From contig JAGLGM010000001.1 of the NCBI GenBank assembly GCA_023144035.1, forward strand, positions 1,091-65,090: 64,000 nt of DNA, written 5' to 3'. The stretch is from Candidatus Pacearchaeota archaeon. Its GTDB lineage: Archaea; Nanobdellota; Nanobdellia; Pacearchaeales; GW2011-AR1. The notes under the pieces were generated by a model. That model ran no database searches and was not told where the DNA came from. It was given only the letters and a program-made list of their open reading frames with translations. A program made the position numbers and the translations under genes. Shown here piece after piece: positions 1-9,885 of the stretch (positions within the stretch are counted from its first letter, which is position 1; every line of letters starts with the position of its first letter).

Positions 1-828
1 TAAAGTATTATGTAATCGCTGAATCAATTTCCCATAGATTTTATTAAAAGGAGAATCTGGTTGTAACCCTAATAACTTAACCACCTCATCAAATTTATTT
101 TGGGTATTTGAATGATCTGCCCAGATTCTTAAATTATACAAATAAAAAAAAGGCGCAATAATATTTGAATCATCAAAAAGAATTTCTTTAAAAAATATTC
201 CTAATATTTTAATACCTCCAAGTTTTGAATCAAACTCTATCTGTTTAGAATCCAAATAAGAAATGAATTTATCCTTATTTATTGTCTCTATAAATTTCTC
301 ATGGAGGTCGCTGATTATTCTTTTAAAATCTTCCTTATTGTTAAATGTTATTCTTTTATATGCAGAACACATCTTTAATAAGTCATCAATCTGGACTAAA
401 TCAAAATTAAACATTTTAAAACCAAATTTTTCTTGAAATTCAATATTTATCTTGTTTAATAATAGAAATAACTTAACTTCTAAAATACTCTCTGTGAATA
501 TTGCATCCAACTGTCCTTTTTTAAAATCTGATTCTATATTTTTATCTGAAATTACATTATATGGTTTTAAAATTAATTTTAATTTGTCAGGTAATCTTTG
601 TAAGTCTCCCAACCAAAAAATTACATGGTCTTGGGAATTTATACCAAAAGGAATGGAATCATCTTCAAAAATTAAAGCCCCATATGTTTCACTCATAAAT
701 TCACAACTATAATTTTGGGAATAAATAAACGTAATTAGAGCTTCTTTTTCAAAATATACTGGCGTTAAAAAATTATCTCTTTGAGGGGAATAATCTTCTG
801 CGGAATCATAAATAAACTCAATTAACAT
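1..828 (-). CDS. Hypothetical protein with C-terminal HEPN-like RxxxxH motif (runs off window edge)
   Basis: Not in ORF track. Manual translation from ATG at 828 (MLIEFIYDSAEDY...LYNLRIWADH...) stays open to position 1. Confidence 0.6.
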   Translation of the reverse strand, partial: MLIEFIYDSAEDYSPQRDNFLTPVYFEKEALITFIYSQNYSCEFMSETYGALIFEDDSIPFGINSQDHVIFWLGDLQRLPDKLKLILKPYNVISDKNIESDFKKGQLDAIFTESILEVKLFLLLNKINIEFQEKFGFKMFNFDLVQIDDLLKMCSAYKRITFNNKEDFKRIISDLHEKFIETINKDKFISYLDSKQIEFDSKLGGIKILGIFFKEILFDDSNIIAPFFYLYNLRIWADHSNTQNKFDEVVKLLGLQPDSPFNKIYGKLIQRLHNTL

Positions 829-845
829 TTTAATAAATATTATTT

Positions 846-1541
846 TTATTTCAATAAATCTGAAATTTTCTCTAATTCTTTTTTAATTGTGTAACATTCA
901 TGTTGGAATGATTGAATAAAATTCTTATTCAAAATTATTTCTTTTTCATCTTTTCCTTGTTTATATTTTATAAAATACACTCTTTTTTTGTTATCAAAAT
1001 CCCCTAAGATGTGTGCAACTTGATTTCTAATCTCTTGAATCCACTTAATTTTTTCATAAAAATTTTTACTAATATCTTTTAAATTCATTCTTACAAGCAC
1101 CTTCCTCTTTTGCTCAAAAGAAAAAAACTCTTTTCTTAAGACATCTTTCTCAAACTTTTCTTTTTTATCTTGATCTTCAAGATAATACTCTTTTATTATT
1201 TTATCCAAGAGATATTCTATTTCTATTGCTTCTCTTATGATTATTCCAAGAATAGTAGAATAGGTAGAAATTTCTTCAATAGCGATAGGAATTTGAGCCT
1301 TTTCAATCTCAAAAGAATCATAATCAATTTCATCATCTTCTCCATCATAAATAGAGGGAACCTCAAACAAACCATGAAATCCACATTCTCCACACTCATA
1401 GGGATGGTTAAATCCCGCGTCATAATCTGCCTGTTGCCCTTCAGTCATCTCTCCTTGATCTAATTCTTCCATCTGATTTTTACATTTTGGACAAATAATT
1501 ATATGTTCTCCTGGCAAAAATTCTTCTCCATCTCCCATCAA
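846..1541 (-). CDS. Zn-ribbon plus HEPN-like protein
   Basis: CPKC...CGEC at N-terminus; IQEIRNQVAH (RxxxxH) in a helical C-terminal domain. Confidence 0.6.
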   Translation of the reverse strand: MMGDGEEFLPGEHIIICPKCKNQMEELDQGEMTEGQQADYDAGFNHPYECGECGFHGLFEVPSIYDGEDDEIDYDSFEIEKAQIPIAIEEISTYSTILGIIIREAIEIEYLLDKIIKEYYLEDQDKKEKFEKDVLRKEFFSFEQKRKVLVRMNLKDISKNFYEKIKWIQEIRNQVAHILGDFDNKKRVYFIKYKQGKDEKEIILNKNFIQSFQHECYTIKKELEKISDLLK

Positions 1542-1609
1542 TCTCCCAAGAATTACTTGATTTTATAGTTTTCTCTTTAGAAACACCCACGCCAAAAGAG
1601 TAGGGAAAG

Positions 1610-2239
1610 TTATCCATACTTTTCATTGTAATATTTATCAAAATTTTCTCTTTCTTTTTCATTATCTTTATTTTTTAAAATAGGAATATATGATTCAAAG
1701 TCCTTTTTTATTTCTTTTAAAAATAAAGAAGGATCCACTGTAATCCATTCTTCCCCATCAATATTGAATGTAAAAAAAGGAACACTTAAACCATATCTTA
1801 GGAGAGCACCTTTCCTTGTCATTCCGTCATGGAAAAGTCCGTGTCTTATTTTATCAATGAAATATTTGAGAATACTTTCTTCAGTAGTGGGAAAAATTCT
1901 TTTTAATGCTCTTTCTAACATCTCTGTGCTTTCTCCTTGTGATACTCTCCCTTCCCTAAATTGTTGATTCCCTTCAAGATAATTCACACAAATCATTAAG
2001 ACAATAAACTCTGAATTTTTTTCTTTTGTTAATTTTTCTGCAAAATCAAGAAACCATCCTTTTACCCTGTCTTCATAGATTAAAATATTTGTTTCTATAT
2101 TTTCTTCCAAAATTTTATCAACTTCATAAGGTTCTTTTTCAGATTTTAAAGTAATAATTTTATTTGAGAATTCAGGACTTTTATAATAATTGGGACTAAG
2201 AGAACCAACGCCTTTCACAATCAGAATTTTATCTTCCAT
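1610..2239 (-). CDS. HEPN-like protein
   Basis: KIRHGLFHDG fits RxxxxH; predominantly helical-looking sequence. Confidence 0.5.
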   Translation of the reverse strand: MEDKILIVKGVGSLSPNYYKSPEFSNKIITLKSEKEPYEVDKILEENIETNILIYEDRVKGWFLDFAEKLTKEKNSEFIVLMICVNYLEGNQQFREGRVSQGESTEMLERALKRIFPTTEESILKYFIDKIRHGLFHDGMTRKGALLRYGLSVPFFTFNIDGEEWITVDPSLFLKEIKKDFESYIPILKNKDNEKERENFDKYYNEKYG

Positions 2240-2241
2240 TT

Positions 2242-2706
2242 TTATTCCTCCTTCTCTAAATAACCACTAACTCTGTTTTGTTTAGATTCTAAAGCCTTTT
2301 TTAATAACTCAACCCCTTTATTATTCTTACACCAATTATGTTTTATTAGGGAAGAATTTGTTAACTCTCTTTGATTCTTTTCTTTATTAAAATTTGATTT
2401 TTGATAAAATTTTTCTGAGGGCATACAAAAGAAATCTCCAGTATTTATATTGTGACAAACTATAAAAAAATTAAAGTTTGGTTTGAAGTCTTTTATAAAA
2501 AAGACATCTTCATCACTTTGAATATCTCTACTTTTAACTTGAATTTCTACCAGTCCCCCTTCTCTATCTTTAATTATTAAATCTGTTCCAGTATCTACTA
2601 CTGGCACAAAGACATCAAAATCATTTTTTAACAACTCAGAAATAATGTGGTATTCTATTGCTTTACCTTTTTTTGTATTATTTTTTGTTATCATTTTTAA
2701 AACCAT
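2242..2706 (-). CDS. PD-(D/E)XK family endonuclease
   Basis: GKAIE...VVDTGTDLII...VEIQVKSR restriction-endonuclease-like motifs. Confidence 0.7.
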   Translation of the reverse strand: MVLKMITKNNTKKGKAIEYHIISELLKNDFDVFVPVVDTGTDLIIKDREGGLVEIQVKSRDIQSDEDVFFIKDFKPNFNFFIVCHNINTGDFFCMPSEKFYQKSNFNKEKNQRELTNSSLIKHNWCKNNKGVELLKKALESKQNRVSGYLEKEE

Positions 2707-3382
2707 ATTTAATTAAGATAATTGTTCTTGAAAAAGCCCATAACAGAGCTCCTGTTGAAAAAAATATAAAAATAAATTTAATTATTTTGTGAAATAGATT
2801 GGATTCAAGATAAACTTCTCCTTGTGGAAATAAAACAATAGTTTGTTTTTTATCAATTCCTTCTTGAGTTATACAAGTATTCTCACTTATAATCCAAATA
2901 CAATCAGATTTATTCACTATTTTAGGTAAAAGTTCAATTTCAGGAATTTCAAGATCAAATTCATATCTTAAATTAAATGTTATCTTTGAACCTTCTTTTG
3001 AAATTTTAAAACACTTTTTTCCAACTATGTTATAATATTCCCCTTTATTATAACTTGCATAAAAGCTTTGATTTGTTAGAGATTTATCTTTCTCAAAACA
3101 AATTCTATCTCTAGCATTTCCCAAATAAATGATCTTCCAAAAAATACTATTAAAATCCCCTGAAACTACATCTTCTTGAGTTAAATCAAATGAACCAATA
3201 TTAAGATAAGTTGTATCATTTTCTTTAATTTTTTCAACATCGTTTGAATATATTTTCAAATCAGGGAGAATGAAAAAATTAATGTATAAAGCGCATAAAA
3301 AGATAATTAAAAATATTAATATTTTTGATTTTTTGTTCCAAAGTCTTTTGATTTTCTTCATACTCTTATAAGTTTTGGGCAA
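2678..3382 (-). CDS. Hypothetical membrane protein (two terminal TM helices)
   Basis: Hydrophobic stretches near both termini. Confidence 0.5.
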   Translation of the reverse strand: MPKTYKSMKKIKRLWNKKSKILIFLIIFLCALYINFFILPDLKIYSNDVEKIKENDTTYLNIGSFDLTQEDVVSGDFNSIFWKIIYLGNARDRICFEKDKSLTNQSFYASYNKGEYYNIVGKKCFKISKEGSKITFNLRYEFDLEIPEIELLPKIVNKSDCIWIISENTCITQEGIDKKQTIVLFPQGEVYLESNLFHKIIKFIFIFFSTGALLWAFSRTIILIKYGFKNDNKK

Positions 3383-3460
3383 TTTTATAGTTTTCTATAT
3401 TAAATGAAATAATCTTTAGAATTGCATAAAATACTTAAGGGTTTTTATAAATAAAAAAAT

Positions 3461-4282
3461 ATGGAAGAGAAATATAAAATTTCAATGGAAGAATTAATTT
3501 TACTTTTACTTGCATTCTTTTTCTTTTTTGTAATGTTCATTTTTTTAATAAAAATGAATTTTTTAATTTATTTTTTCTTTTTTTTAGTCTCTGCCACACT
3601 TATTCTCCTTTTTCCTATATTTTTAAAAAATAAATTACATAGAAGGTTTTTACTAAAGTGTTCACTTTTTCCGATATTTTTTATTTTGATTTTGATCTTT
3701 GTCCTATTTTGTTTTAATAATTATGAAGAAAAGGGTCAAAATTTAATCCCTTACGAAATAGAATTTGATGCATACATTGTAAATAATTCTATTACTCCTG
3801 GAAAACTTAATATGGATTTATTAAAAGCAAACGAAATATGGAATGAGCAGAATATCTTTTTGAGAATTAAAGAAACATTTTATATTGAAGAAATAGATTT
3901 CCTTGAAGAATCTTTTTTATTAAATGTAGATGCTACTAATAAATCAGAATGTTTAAAATATAATGAGATCATTTCATTTTCTAATAAAAGTGAACTAAGA
4001 TTAATTTTGCTTGATTCGGAGTCTAATCACAGAGGAAGAGGATGTATTTGTGGATGTGATTCAATAGTTGTTGATATTAAAAAAGAATTATCTCTTGATT
4101 TGACTGGATGGAACATTGCACATGAATTTGGCCATCTTTTTGGGCAGTTTGATATAAAAAATAGGTATAATTTAATGTGTGATCAACTTAAAGTAATAAA
4201 ACCTTCTTTCTTAAATAAAAAACAAATTTACTCACTGACAAGAAATACTTTTATATCGTCTTCAGTTAAAATTTATAATTAA
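3461..4282 (+). CDS. Membrane-anchored zinc metallopeptidase (metzincin-like)
   Basis: Three N-terminal hydrophobic segments; AHEFGHLFG followed by an NLM Met-turn. Confidence 0.65.
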   Translation: MEEKYKISMEELILLLLAFFFFFVMFIFLIKMNFLIYFFFFLVSATLILLFPIFLKNKLHRRFLLKCSLFPIFFILILIFVLFCFNNYEEKGQNLIPYEIEFDAYIVNNSITPGKLNMDLLKANEIWNEQNIFLRIKETFYIEEIDFLEESFLLNVDATNKSECLKYNEIISFSNKSELRLILLDSESNHRGRGCICGCDSIVVDIKKELSLDLTGWNIAHEFGHLFGQFDIKNRYNLMCDQLKVIKPSFLNKKQIYSLTRNTFISSSVKIYN

Positions 4283-4298
4283 TAAATTTTATTAAGAT

Positions 4299-4511
4299 TT
4301 ATTTTAATTTAGTCCTTGCATTTACTTTAACAAATCTTAAGTCTTTTTCTAAATAAATTATCCTATCTCCAGTTGTAAGGTCGGGTTTTATACCTCTTTG
4401 AGAAGAAGAATGCTCACATTCCTTAAATTCTTGTAAGTTTTTAAGTTCAAATAAATTTTTAAGACATTTATTTATTTTTGATATAAGTTTTTTATGTTGT
4501 TGCTTATTCAT
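4299..4511 (-). CDS. Hypothetical protein
   Basis: 70-aa ATG ORF co-oriented with the element genes. Confidence 0.4.
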   Translation of the reverse strand: MNKQQHKKLISKINKCLKNLFELKNLQEFKECEHSSSQRGIKPDLTTGDRIIYLEKDLRFVKVNARTKLK

Positions 4512-4554
4512 TTTGTTTTTAATACCTCTATATTCTAAATAAAAACGTCCGTTT

Positions 4555-5112
4555 TTAATTAATTTGTGATTCTTGTTTTTTACCTTTAAAACCTACATTT
4601 TTTAGCATACCCCTTTTTAATCCAATGTCCGACCTTCTTTTACGTGATTTTTTATCTTTTCCTCTCTTTCCAATTTTATGTTTATTTTTACTTGCTTGAA
4701 GACCTGCTTTTGTTCTTTCAGATATTTTCTCACGTTCTATTTTTGCAATTGTTGAAATGATTGATAAAACAACATCTTTGAATTGCCCAACACTCTTAAA
4801 ATATTGTTCTTGATAACTTTCCCATTCAATTCCTAAATTTTCAAGTTCTTTTAATTTTTGTAATGTGAATAAAGTTCCTGCCCTTGAAAATCTTGAGAGA
4901 TCCCAGAATAAAACCAAATCAAACAATCTTTTATGAGCATCTTTAAACATCTTATCATAAGAAGGTCTGTTTGTCTCTTTTCCTGAGATCACATCTATAT
5001 ATTCCCTAAAAATCTCATAATTGCATTTTTTACAATATTCTCTAAGTTGAAGTAACTGGTTGTTTACTTCTTGCTTATCTGTGCTTACCCTAACATATAT
5101 TCCTATTTTCAT
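4555..5112 (-). CDS. Serine recombinase (resolvase/invertase family)
   Basis: YVRVSTDKQ catalytic Ser motif; RPSY, DLSRFSR, EREKISERTKAGL. Confidence 0.9.
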   Translation of the reverse strand: MKIGIYVRVSTDKQEVNNQLLQLREYCKKCNYEIFREYIDVISGKETNRPSYDKMFKDAHKRLFDLVLFWDLSRFSRAGTLFTLQKLKELENLGIEWESYQEQYFKSVGQFKDVVLSIISTIAKIEREKISERTKAGLQASKNKHKIGKRGKDKKSRKRRSDIGLKRGMLKNVGFKGKKQESQIN

Positions 5113-5188
5113 TTTTATGTGTTATTTTTAGTCTCCCACTTTATTAAACCTCTTTACATACTTATTGAAAGTGTCTTTGTATGTCCTA

Positions 5189-5527
5189 TTATAATAGCTT
5201 GATATAATCTCTAAATTGATTTTGATATTTATTCTTTATTATATGTTTCATGCTTACAATCTTTTTCATATACATTATATAAATAACACACTTTATTTTA
5301 TCACTTCCTAATTTGTTACAATTTAGAACACTTCTAACTTCTTTATAGATGTCTGTTATTATTGCTTCTCTCTTTGGCTCCCCAGTTAAAAACAAATAAA
5401 TAATATCAAAGATCAATCTATCAAGGGTTGTCAAAACCATGCTATTCCCTTTTCTTAATTTAATTCTTTTATAGGATTGTGGCCTGATTAATTTGTAGAA
5501 TTCATCTACTATGATATAATCCCTCAT
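5189..5527 (-). CDS. Hypothetical basic protein (possible wHTH)
   Basis: Start overlaps the stop of the upstream ORF. Confidence 0.4.
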   Translation of the reverse strand: MRDYIIVDEFYKLIRPQSYKRIKLRKGNSMVLTTLDRLIFDIIYLFLTGEPKREAIITDIYKEVRSVLNCNKLGSDKIKCVIYIMYMKKIVSMKHIIKNKYQNQFRDYIKLL

Positions 5528-5976
5528 TATAAAAATTCAGAAGGAGTATACTCTTCTTCCTCCCCTTCATTATCTTTAACGTCTTCTTCATTGTCTTCGT
5601 TTCCAGAAACCAATTCAGAGTTATATTTTTCTTTATTTTCTTCATCTAAGTTTTCAATCTTCTTTGAAATGTGTGATTCTATTTCCTTTATTCCTTTTTT
5701 AATTGCTTCATCAATATCTTTTAAGAAATCTTTTTTTGTTTTATCTATTTGTTTTTTTAATTTTTCAATATCTTTTTTGAAAGCTTTTACTTCGGAATTT
5801 TTTTCATTAACTTTTTTATTTTCCAAACCTTTAAGATTTCTTGATATTTTTTGGATCTCTTTTAATTTATCTTGTGTGATAAATTCTCCATTAAGTGTTT
5901 TAAGAAATCCTAAGAGATCTCTTTCTTCAACCAGTTTCTTTTCCCCATGCCATATAAAGTTTTTTTCAAATACCAT
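5527..5976 (-). CDS. Hypothetical coiled-coil protein with acidic tail
   Basis: K/E-rich heptad pattern; D/E-rich C-terminus. Confidence 0.5.
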   Translation of the reverse strand: MVFEKNFIWHGEKKLVEERDLLGFLKTLNGEFITQDKLKEIQKISRNLKGLENKKVNEKNSEVKAFKKDIEKLKKQIDKTKKDFLKDIDEAIKKGIKEIESHISKKIENLDEENKEKYNSELVSGNEDNEEDVKDNEGEEEEYTPSEFL

Positions 5977-6026
5977 TTTATTGATTATAAAAAGCCACAG
6001 AAAAATTAATTGTGGCCAATCTCAAA

Positions 6027-6212
6027 TTATGCAGATTTTTTTGAATGCGCATCATCAATAACAATTTCTGCAACTCTTTCAGCAAAGTTGAGGATGAATT
6101 CGTGATGTTTTAGAAAATCAAATAAACTAAACCCTCCTTCTGTTTCTTCTTTCAAAGTAAACCATAAAGCATTTTCTATTTGTTTTTCACTAATTATTTC
6201 TTTTGATGTCAT
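6027..6212 (-). CDS. Hypothetical protein
   Basis: GGAGG Shine-Dalgarno-like site upstream; operon context. Confidence 0.5.
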   Translation of the reverse strand: MTSKEIISEKQIENALWFTLKEETEGGFSLFDFLKHHEFILNFAERVAEIVIDDAHSKKSA

Positions 6213-6338
6213 TATTTTTTAACCTCCTTTTTAACTTTGTTAAAAATTCTGTGAATCTATTTAACATGCAATTTTTTTGATAAATTTCTTTAACTTGTTC
6301 TAATTTATTCATTTCACAAAATAATTTTGATTTATTTT

Positions 6339-6557
6339 TCATGGTTTATTGAAAAATGATTTAGTTACGTTAAAAATATTTTTTGTAAATGCCTGAGTTT
6401 GATTAGAATAATCTTTCATAATTGTTGTGTTTGTTGCTTTTTCAATTAAGAAAACTGAGGTTGGTTTTCCTAAAACAAATATATCAAAAATCCACCATAG
6501 GATATATAGTATTATTAAAATAACTGCTACTTGAACGATTCCTTTTTTATTTTTCAT
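6339..6557 (-). CDS. Small single-TM protein (KKG followed by hydrophobic helix)
   Basis: MKNKKG|IVQVAVILIILYILWW; overlaps the Rep stop. Confidence 0.5.
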   Translation of the reverse strand: MKNKKGIVQVAVILIILYILWWIFDIFVLGKPTSVFLIEKATNTTIMKDYSNQTQAFTKNIFNVTKSFFNKP

Positions 6558-8307
6558 CTTTTTTAGAACCCTCTAATTTAATTTCATCGTCACATTCGTC
6601 ACCTTTCGTCACATTCGTCACACTTTTGATTTTTTTCTTTATTAATTCGTCACCTTTCGTCACACTTTTAGATGGATTCGTCACAAGGATTTCTTTATTT
6701 AAGAGTAATTGTGATGATTGTGATGATTGTGATAAATTATTTACTAAATTTGGGCAGATAGGGTTAATAATTGATTCAAAAATTATAGAATTGATAATAT
6801 ATTTTGCTCCATCTCTATCTTTTGGTTCTTTATATTCTCTAAAACCAAGATTATCTATTTTAGTTGAAAATCCTTTTTCTCTAGAAACATTTTCAGAACC
6901 ATACAAATCAATATATTTCTTTCTAACTTCTTTAGGCCTAATAATATCCGTGTCTTGAATAATATCTTTTATAATTTTCAGAATTTTATAATCAAAACTA
7001 TCTTCTGGAATAAAATCTTCTCTCCTTTGTCCAGACATTTTTTCAGCAAAAGTAGAAATTTCTAAAAATAATTCATCATCAATTAATTTTGATATTGCTA
7101 AAAGGGGTTTCCAAATTTGTAAATCTCTTTTTTTTAATTTTAAATCAGAATAAAAGGATTCATTTCTATAATTTATTTCAATATTTTTCCAATACTTTAA
7201 AGAAAATAAATAAAGGTAATCTCTAATCATAGACCATTCTATATCTGAATCTACAATTTCCATTTCCCCTCTTGAATCTGTATTTGGACTTCTTGTACAT
7301 ATTTGAGTTATACATCTACTTTCAGTTGCTCCAAATAAACCCTTAATAGAAGAAATCATACAAGGAGAAAAAGTATTATAATAAATTGTCTTAAATCTGT
7401 TATTAATTTTTTCTACCCTCGGAACAGCTGAACCTTTCTTATAACTCCCATTAATTAATTCTACCCTGTTATCTGGCTCCATTTGTCCTTGATTCCATCT
7501 AAATAATTTCTCTGCTTCATCAAAATATTTAGTTGGTCTTTTCTCATGAGATTCTCTAAATAATGTTGCTTCACTTGGATTAATCATTATTCCAGTAGAA
7601 TTAAAAGAAAGATTTTTGCTAATTTCCATTCTTTTACTCTTTGCTGTTTCTTGCATACCTCTTTTCTCAGAAATAGGAAAAGCATCAAATAATTGATAAA
7701 AATAAGTTCCAATATCCCAAAGACTATTTATTTTATTCCAAATTGGGTTGTGTTCAAAAATATATTTGCCATATTGCTTTTCAACTTTATCAAAAAGTTC
7801 TTTAGGTTCTAAATCTGGAGTTTCACCTTCTCCTTTCAAAAATTCATTTATAGATTCTAAACTCCATCTCAAATTAATATTGTCTGGAACAACATCAAAT
7901 TTTATTTTATGTTCTTGCTCCATCTCTTTAGTAACTTCTAAAATATTTCTATCTGAAGAAATAATTACTGGTTTCCAAATTTGTTCTTTTGAAACAACTT
8001 CTCCAACTTTATTAGTCACAGGTTCATTTTTAGGCAAATAAATTCCATATCCAAAAAGATTCTCATTAAATTTTGTTTGAGTGAATGTTCTTGTTTTATG
8101 TACATCATCTTCATTAAAAATATAATTAATCATAATTTTCTTCTTTCTATCTAAATCTAAAGGAGAAACTTTTACATCCACTTGTCCAATTTTAACTTCG
8201 TCTTTAATTCCTTTAAGAACTATTGAACCATCATTCTTAATTTCAGAATGTTTCTCTAAGTCTTCTTTCAACATTTTAGAATATTTCCTTTTATCTTTTT
8301 TATTCAT
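6547..8307 (-). CDS. Putative replication protein / P-loop helicase (DUF3631-like)
   Basis: Degenerate Walker A GMQETAKS, SEATLFR, Walker B YFDEAE, SRCI arginine-finger-like motif; SQSSQSSQ/VT-repeat tail typical of mobile-element Rep proteins. Confidence 0.6.
   Translation of the reverse strand: MNKKDKRKYSKMLKEDLEKHSEIKNDGSIVLKGIKDEVKIGQVDVKVSPLDLDRKKKIMINYIFNEDDVHKTRTFTQTKFNENLFGYGIYLPKNEPVTNKVGEVVSKEQIWKPVIISSDRNILEVTKEMEQEHKIKFDVVPDNINLRWSLESINEFLKGEGETPDLEPKELFDKVEKQYGKYIFEHNPIWNKINSLWDIGTYFYQLFDAFPISEKRGMQETAKSKRMEISKNLSFNSTGIMINPSEATLFRESHEKRPTKYFDEAEKLFRWNQGQMEPDNRVELINGSYKKGSAVPRVEKINNRFKTIYYNTFSPCMISSIKGLFGATESRCITQICTRSPNTDSRGEMEIVDSDIEWSMIRDYLYLFSLKYWKNIEINYRNESFYSDLKLKKRDLQIWKPLLAISKLIDDELFLEISTFAEKMSGQRREDFIPEDSFDYKILKIIKDIIQDTDIIRPKEVRKKYIDLYGSENVSREKGFSTKIDNLGFREYKEPKDRDGAKYIINSIIFESIINPICPNLVNNLSQSSQSSQLLLNKEILVTNPSKSVTKGDELIKKKIKSVTNVTKGDECDDEIKLEGSKKDEK
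6587..6734. repeat. Iteron-like cluster: 7x TCGTCAC plus 3 inverted TTGTGAT; putative origin
   Basis: TCGTCAC at 6587, 6596, 6606, 6615, 6647, 6657, 6678; AT-rich gap; TTGTGAT at 6709, 6718, 6727. Confidence 0.7.
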
Positions 8308-8642
8308 CCTTTCTTTTCTCCAAATTTATGCTTTTTAGAAGCTAAAATAGATAGTTTACCCCCAATATCTAAAGATGTTAAGAGCTTGTGTAAGAGTTCT
8401 TGTTGCTTATTTATAGATTCAATTAGGTTATTTATGTCTTGAGCATTGAAATCCTTTATTTTTAAAGAAACATAATTTTTTAAAAGACATTCTAAGTTTT
8501 CAAAAAACCAAAAAGGCCGATCATCTTTTAAGAGAATCCATTGAAATTTATCTGCACTAAAAGAGTATCGTTGATCTAATTTAATAACCATTTGAAGAAA
8601 CCTCCTGAATAGAGGAAATTGCATCTTTAGACAATGAAACAC
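8304..8642 (-). CDS. Hypothetical protein (true start probably the internal MVIKLDQR)
   Basis: Overlaps both neighbours in operon fashion. Confidence 0.45.
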   Translation of the reverse strand: MFHCLKMQFPLFRRFLQMVIKLDQRYSFSADKFQWILLKDDRPFWFFENLECLLKNYVSLKIKDFNAQDINNLIESINKQQELLHKLLTSLDIGGKLSILASKKHKFGEKKG

Positions 8643-8766
8643 GATTGCCCCGAATATCTAAGAGATCCAAACTATTTTCATCTGCATCTAAAACCTCTCC
8701 AATGTAATAGTAATCGTTTTTAAGAATTATTTTAATTCTAAGTCCAATATAATTAATTAAGTTCAT
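8581..8766 (-). CDS. Sm/LSm-like small beta-barrel protein
   Basis: IGLRIKIILKNDYYYIGEVLDADENSLDLLD...VSLSKDAISSI resembles the Sm1/Sm2 pattern. Confidence 0.55.
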   Translation of the reverse strand: MNLINYIGLRIKIILKNDYYYIGEVLDADENSLDLLDIRGNRVSLSKDAISSIQEVSSNGY

Positions 8767-8887
8767 TTTTATTAAATTTTAAGATTTATCCACCTCTTTA
8801 TGAATTTTAATTTTTTCTCTGGCTTCTTTTGAATCTTTTATGAATCTATTTGCTTTTTCCTTGAGATCTTCTATATTTAGAAAAGGA

Positions 8888-9031
8888 TTATTTTGATTTT
8901 CCATTTTTCTCTAAAAACTCCTTTATTGCTATTTTTATTACATTAGATCTAGAGCGGGATTCATTTTTGGCAATTTTATCTAATCTTTTTAAAAATTCCT
9001 TATCTATTTGGAAAGAGACTAAATTATTCAT
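8888..9031 (-). CDS. CopG/ribbon-helix-helix regulator (47 aa)
   Basis: Manual translation MNNLVSFQIDKEFLKRLDKIAKNESRSRSNVIKIAIKEFLEKNGKSK; divergent from 9103. Confidence 0.75.
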   Translation of the reverse strand: MNNLVSFQIDKEFLKRLDKIAKNESRSRSNVIKIAIKEFLEKNGKSK

Positions 9032-9102
9032 AGTTCATAATATTTAGTTAAGTTTATAAACTATTATTTATTTAATAAATAATAGAAATTAAATAACAGT
9101 TT

Positions 9103-9885
9103 TTGGTTAAAATGGACAAAAAAATCACAGGACAAAACCTCATAGTAGCAAACAAAAACAAAGAAATTGTTGAACATCTTTTTACCAATTATCATAGTAG
9201 ATCAGAGATATATGCAAAGATAGACCCCAAAGGGTATGACCAATATAAAAAAAGCTTAATAATTAGAGACATCCAAGGAGGAATTAAACCAAAGCCAAGA
9301 AAAGCAAAACATTATTCTAAAACACCCATCAACAATAAAATTGTTGAGGCTTTCAAAATATTTTATGCAGAAGGATTTCTAATACAACAAAAACCAATCC
9401 AATATAGGAAACAACCCAGTAAAACAGGAAAATTATACTCTTACCCTATTAAAAGATATAAATTAAATCCCAATTTTTTCTTTGATTATGTTAAAAAAGA
9501 GTTAAAAGGAAATTATTTTACTAAAAAAGAAATACTTGAAATAAGATTTTATCTTGATAATCCCAATATTAGAAAAATGATAGTTAAGAATTATAATAAA
9601 CAAAATAATTTAATAGAAAAAATAAAATATTTTTTACTTGATTTTTACGTGATTTCTGAAACCGATTTTTATTTTAGATTTTTTTCTGAAACAATCACTA
9701 ATTATAAAGAATTATTAAAATTAAATGAAAAAGGGAAAAATTCAAATATTTTATGGAGATTAAGTGATTATGAAATAGGAGGAGAAAAAGAACAAACCAA
9801 AATAAAAAAAGATATAGGGAAAAAAATTAAACTTTTATTTGGATTTGATGGAAAATTAACAAAAGAATTTTCTTCTTTATTCTAA
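9103..9885 (+). CDS. Hypothetical basic protein, possibly a regulator divergent from the RHH operon
   Basis: 260-aa ORF between the RHH gene and the integrase. Confidence 0.5.
   Translation: MVKMDKKITGQNLIVANKNKEIVEHLFTNYHSRSEIYAKIDPKGYDQYKKSLIIRDIQGGIKPKPRKAKHYSKTPINNKIVEAFKIFYAEGFLIQQKPIQYRKQPSKTGKLYSYPIKRYKLNPNFFFDYVKKELKGNYFTKKEILEIRFYLDNPNIRKMIVKNYNKQNNLIEKIKYFLLDFYVISETDFYFRFFSETITNYKELLKLNEKGKNSNILWRLSDYEIGGEKEQTKIKKDIGKKIKLLFGFDGKLTKEFSSLF

Noticed and set aside
6339-6557. Type IV pilin/archaellin
   Set aside because: Has KKG plus a hydrophobic helix but lacks the usual +5 Glu, and there are no pilus assembly genes nearby.
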